From: an uncultured delta proteobacterium
Lineage (GTDB): Bacteria > Myxococcota_A > Polyangia > Polyangiales > Polyangiaceae
Length of the DNA: 64,000 nucleotides
Direction of reading: 5' to 3'
Assembly (NCBI GenBank): GCA_963841435.1
Contig: CAWJCS010000003.1
Coordinates: forward strand, 96,001-160,000
Part shown: positions 62,768 through 64,000 of the stretch, piece after piece
Position numbering within the stretch: the first letter of the stretch is position 1
How the letters are laid out: every line of letters starts with the position of its first letter
Program-made: the position numbers and the translations under genes
The notes under the pieces: generated by a model
The model's input: only the letters and a program-made list of their open reading frames with translations
Database searches by the model: none
What the model was told of the DNA's origin: nothing

Positions 62768-62783
62768 TGGCCCACGCCTTGCA
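62768..62783 (+). promoter_or_regulatory. sigma54-type promoter
   Basis: TGGCCCA-CGCC-TTGCA, 12 nt before ATG 62796. Confidence 0.7.
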
Positions 62784-62795
62784 CTGATCGCGGCG

Positions 62796-64000
62796 ATGCA
62801 TTCCGCGCCGCCCTCGAAACTGGCTCGCGCGGCTCGGATCATGTTGCTTGCGATACTGACGCCGTGCTGTGCCACCGTTCCCGGGCGTCGCTATTCGCTC
62901 GACTCCATCAGGTTCCAAGGGAACGACGCGCTCCCCGACGACGAGATCGAGGAGAAGATCGCGAGTCGCGAATCGTCGAAATTTCTCGGGCTCTTTCCCG
63001 GTTTCATCTATGAGTATGAGGTCTTCGACCGTCACGTGCTCGAGCGCGACTTGCAGCGTATCGAGCGGCTTTATCGGGCGCGCGGCTACTACCGCGCGCG
63101 CGTTCGCGCGGGGCGCGTCACGTTCCACGGCAAGCGGGGCGCGCGCGTCGAGATCGTCATCGAGGAGGGCCCGCCCGTCTTGCTCGCGCGGGTCAACGTT
63201 CACGGGCTCGACGACGTCGCGGCGCCGATCCGTGAGCGCGCTCTCGCGGCCGCGCAGGCCGCCCTGCCAGTCGATCGACCGTTCGAGGAGCAGCACTTCA
63301 TCGACGGTGGGGAGGCGGTAAGGCGCGCCCTCAGCGACGAGGGCTACGCCAAGGCGGTCGTTCGACGCAACGCGCGCGTCAACCTTCCGAAGAGCCGGGC
63401 GAGCGCCGGCTACTTCGTCGAGCGCGGCGAACGCATGCAGTTCGGCAAAGTGCGTCTCGAGGGGCTCGGCGGGGTCCCCGAAGGTCCCGTACGGCGAGCG
63501 CTCGGGATCGTCGCGGGTGAGCCCTACTCGGAGGCCGACCTCGAGGCGGCGCAGCGAGCGCTGCTCGATCTTGGCGCTTTCTCGTCCGTGACGGTCGAGC
63601 CCGAGCTCGAAAAGACCACGAATCATCGGGTTCCCATCCTCGTCAAGCTCGTGCCTACCGACTTTCGCAGCGTGCGCCTCGGCGCGGGCAGCGAGCTCGA
63701 CACGCTGCACGCCGACGTTCACGGCTTGATCGCGCTCGAGGATCGCAACTTCTTCGGTGGGCTCCGGCACGCCTTGCTCGAGATCAGGCCCGGCGTGGTG
63801 CTCTACCCGACGCGTATCCCGGAGATCCAGGCGCCCCAGCGACTCCTGCCACAAGGCAAGGTGAGACTCGAGTTCCGCCAACCCGGGCTCATCGAGAAGC
63901 GGACCAATCTGCTGCTTCGCGGGGAGGCGAACATCTACCCGATCCTGCTTTCGCGCGTGGAGCCGGGTGCGCCGATTCTGGGCAACCGCGATTATCGCGC
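62796..64000 (+). CDS. BamA/TamA-family outer-membrane assembly protein with POTRA domains; runs off the right edge
   Basis: Hand translation: IRFQGNDAL...VLERDLQRIERLYRARGYY...VIEEGPP...LSDEGYAKA...GEPYSEADL...LGAFSSV...DRNFFGG. Confidence 0.88.
   Translation, partial: MHSAPPSKLARAARIMLLAILTPCCATVPGRRYSLDSIRFQGNDALPDDEIEEKIASRESSKFLGLFPGFIYEYEVFDRHVLERDLQRIERLYRARGYYRARVRAGRVTFHGKRGARVEIVIEEGPPVLLARVNVHGLDDVAAPIRERALAAAQAALPVDRPFEEQHFIDGGEAVRRALSDEGYAKAVVRRNARVNLPKSRASAGYFVERGERMQFGKVRLEGLGGVPEGPVRRALGIVAGEPYSEADLEAAQRALLDLGAFSSVTVEPELEKTTNHRVPILVKLVPTDFRSVRLGAGSELDTLHADVHGLIALEDRNFFGGLRHALLEIRPGVVLYPTRIPEIQAPQRLLPQGKVRLEFRQPGLIEKRTNLLLRGEANIYPILLSRVEPGAPILGNRDYR

Overview
Very GC-rich bacterial DNA, most consistent with Myxococcota (Polyangiaceae-like). 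This is inferred from the TonB_C-fused receptor, Gly-rich lipoproteins and eukaryote-like Ser/Thr kinases. The window has two parts. (1) About 1-15.6 kb is core-like: TonB receptor, xth, LysR regulator, DUF1704-type metallopeptidase, kinase-ATPase-TPR protein, LamG lipoprotein, GH31 alpha-xylosidase, and an FAD oxidoreductase fused to a duplicated membrane domain. Most of these genes have a TANNNT box 6-10 nt before the start codon. (2) About 16-64 kb is a general-stress/envelope/respiration island: DUF4398-OmpA, CDF transporter, PilZ, hemerythrin, YqjE/DUF3618/YtxH/YihY-like proteins, PqiABC, CPA1 antiporter, alternative complex III plus caa3-type oxidase, a 6xBON lipoprotein, SDR, ASRT, a TPP enzyme-enolase-FAD/FeS oxidase operon, a MEDS-PAS-GAF kinase and two Omp85 proteins. 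I found 22 correctly spaced, correctly oriented sigma54-type (-24/-12) motifs in front of most island transcription units, many implying leaderless mRNAs, and no sigma54 activator gene in the window. The island also carries a stand-alone lipoprotein C39 peptidase next to a Sec-signal/Gly-Gly/hydrophobic-tail precursor. Several gene relics are present, and several small indels look like long-read errors. No rRNA, tRNA, CRISPR array or transposase was seen.
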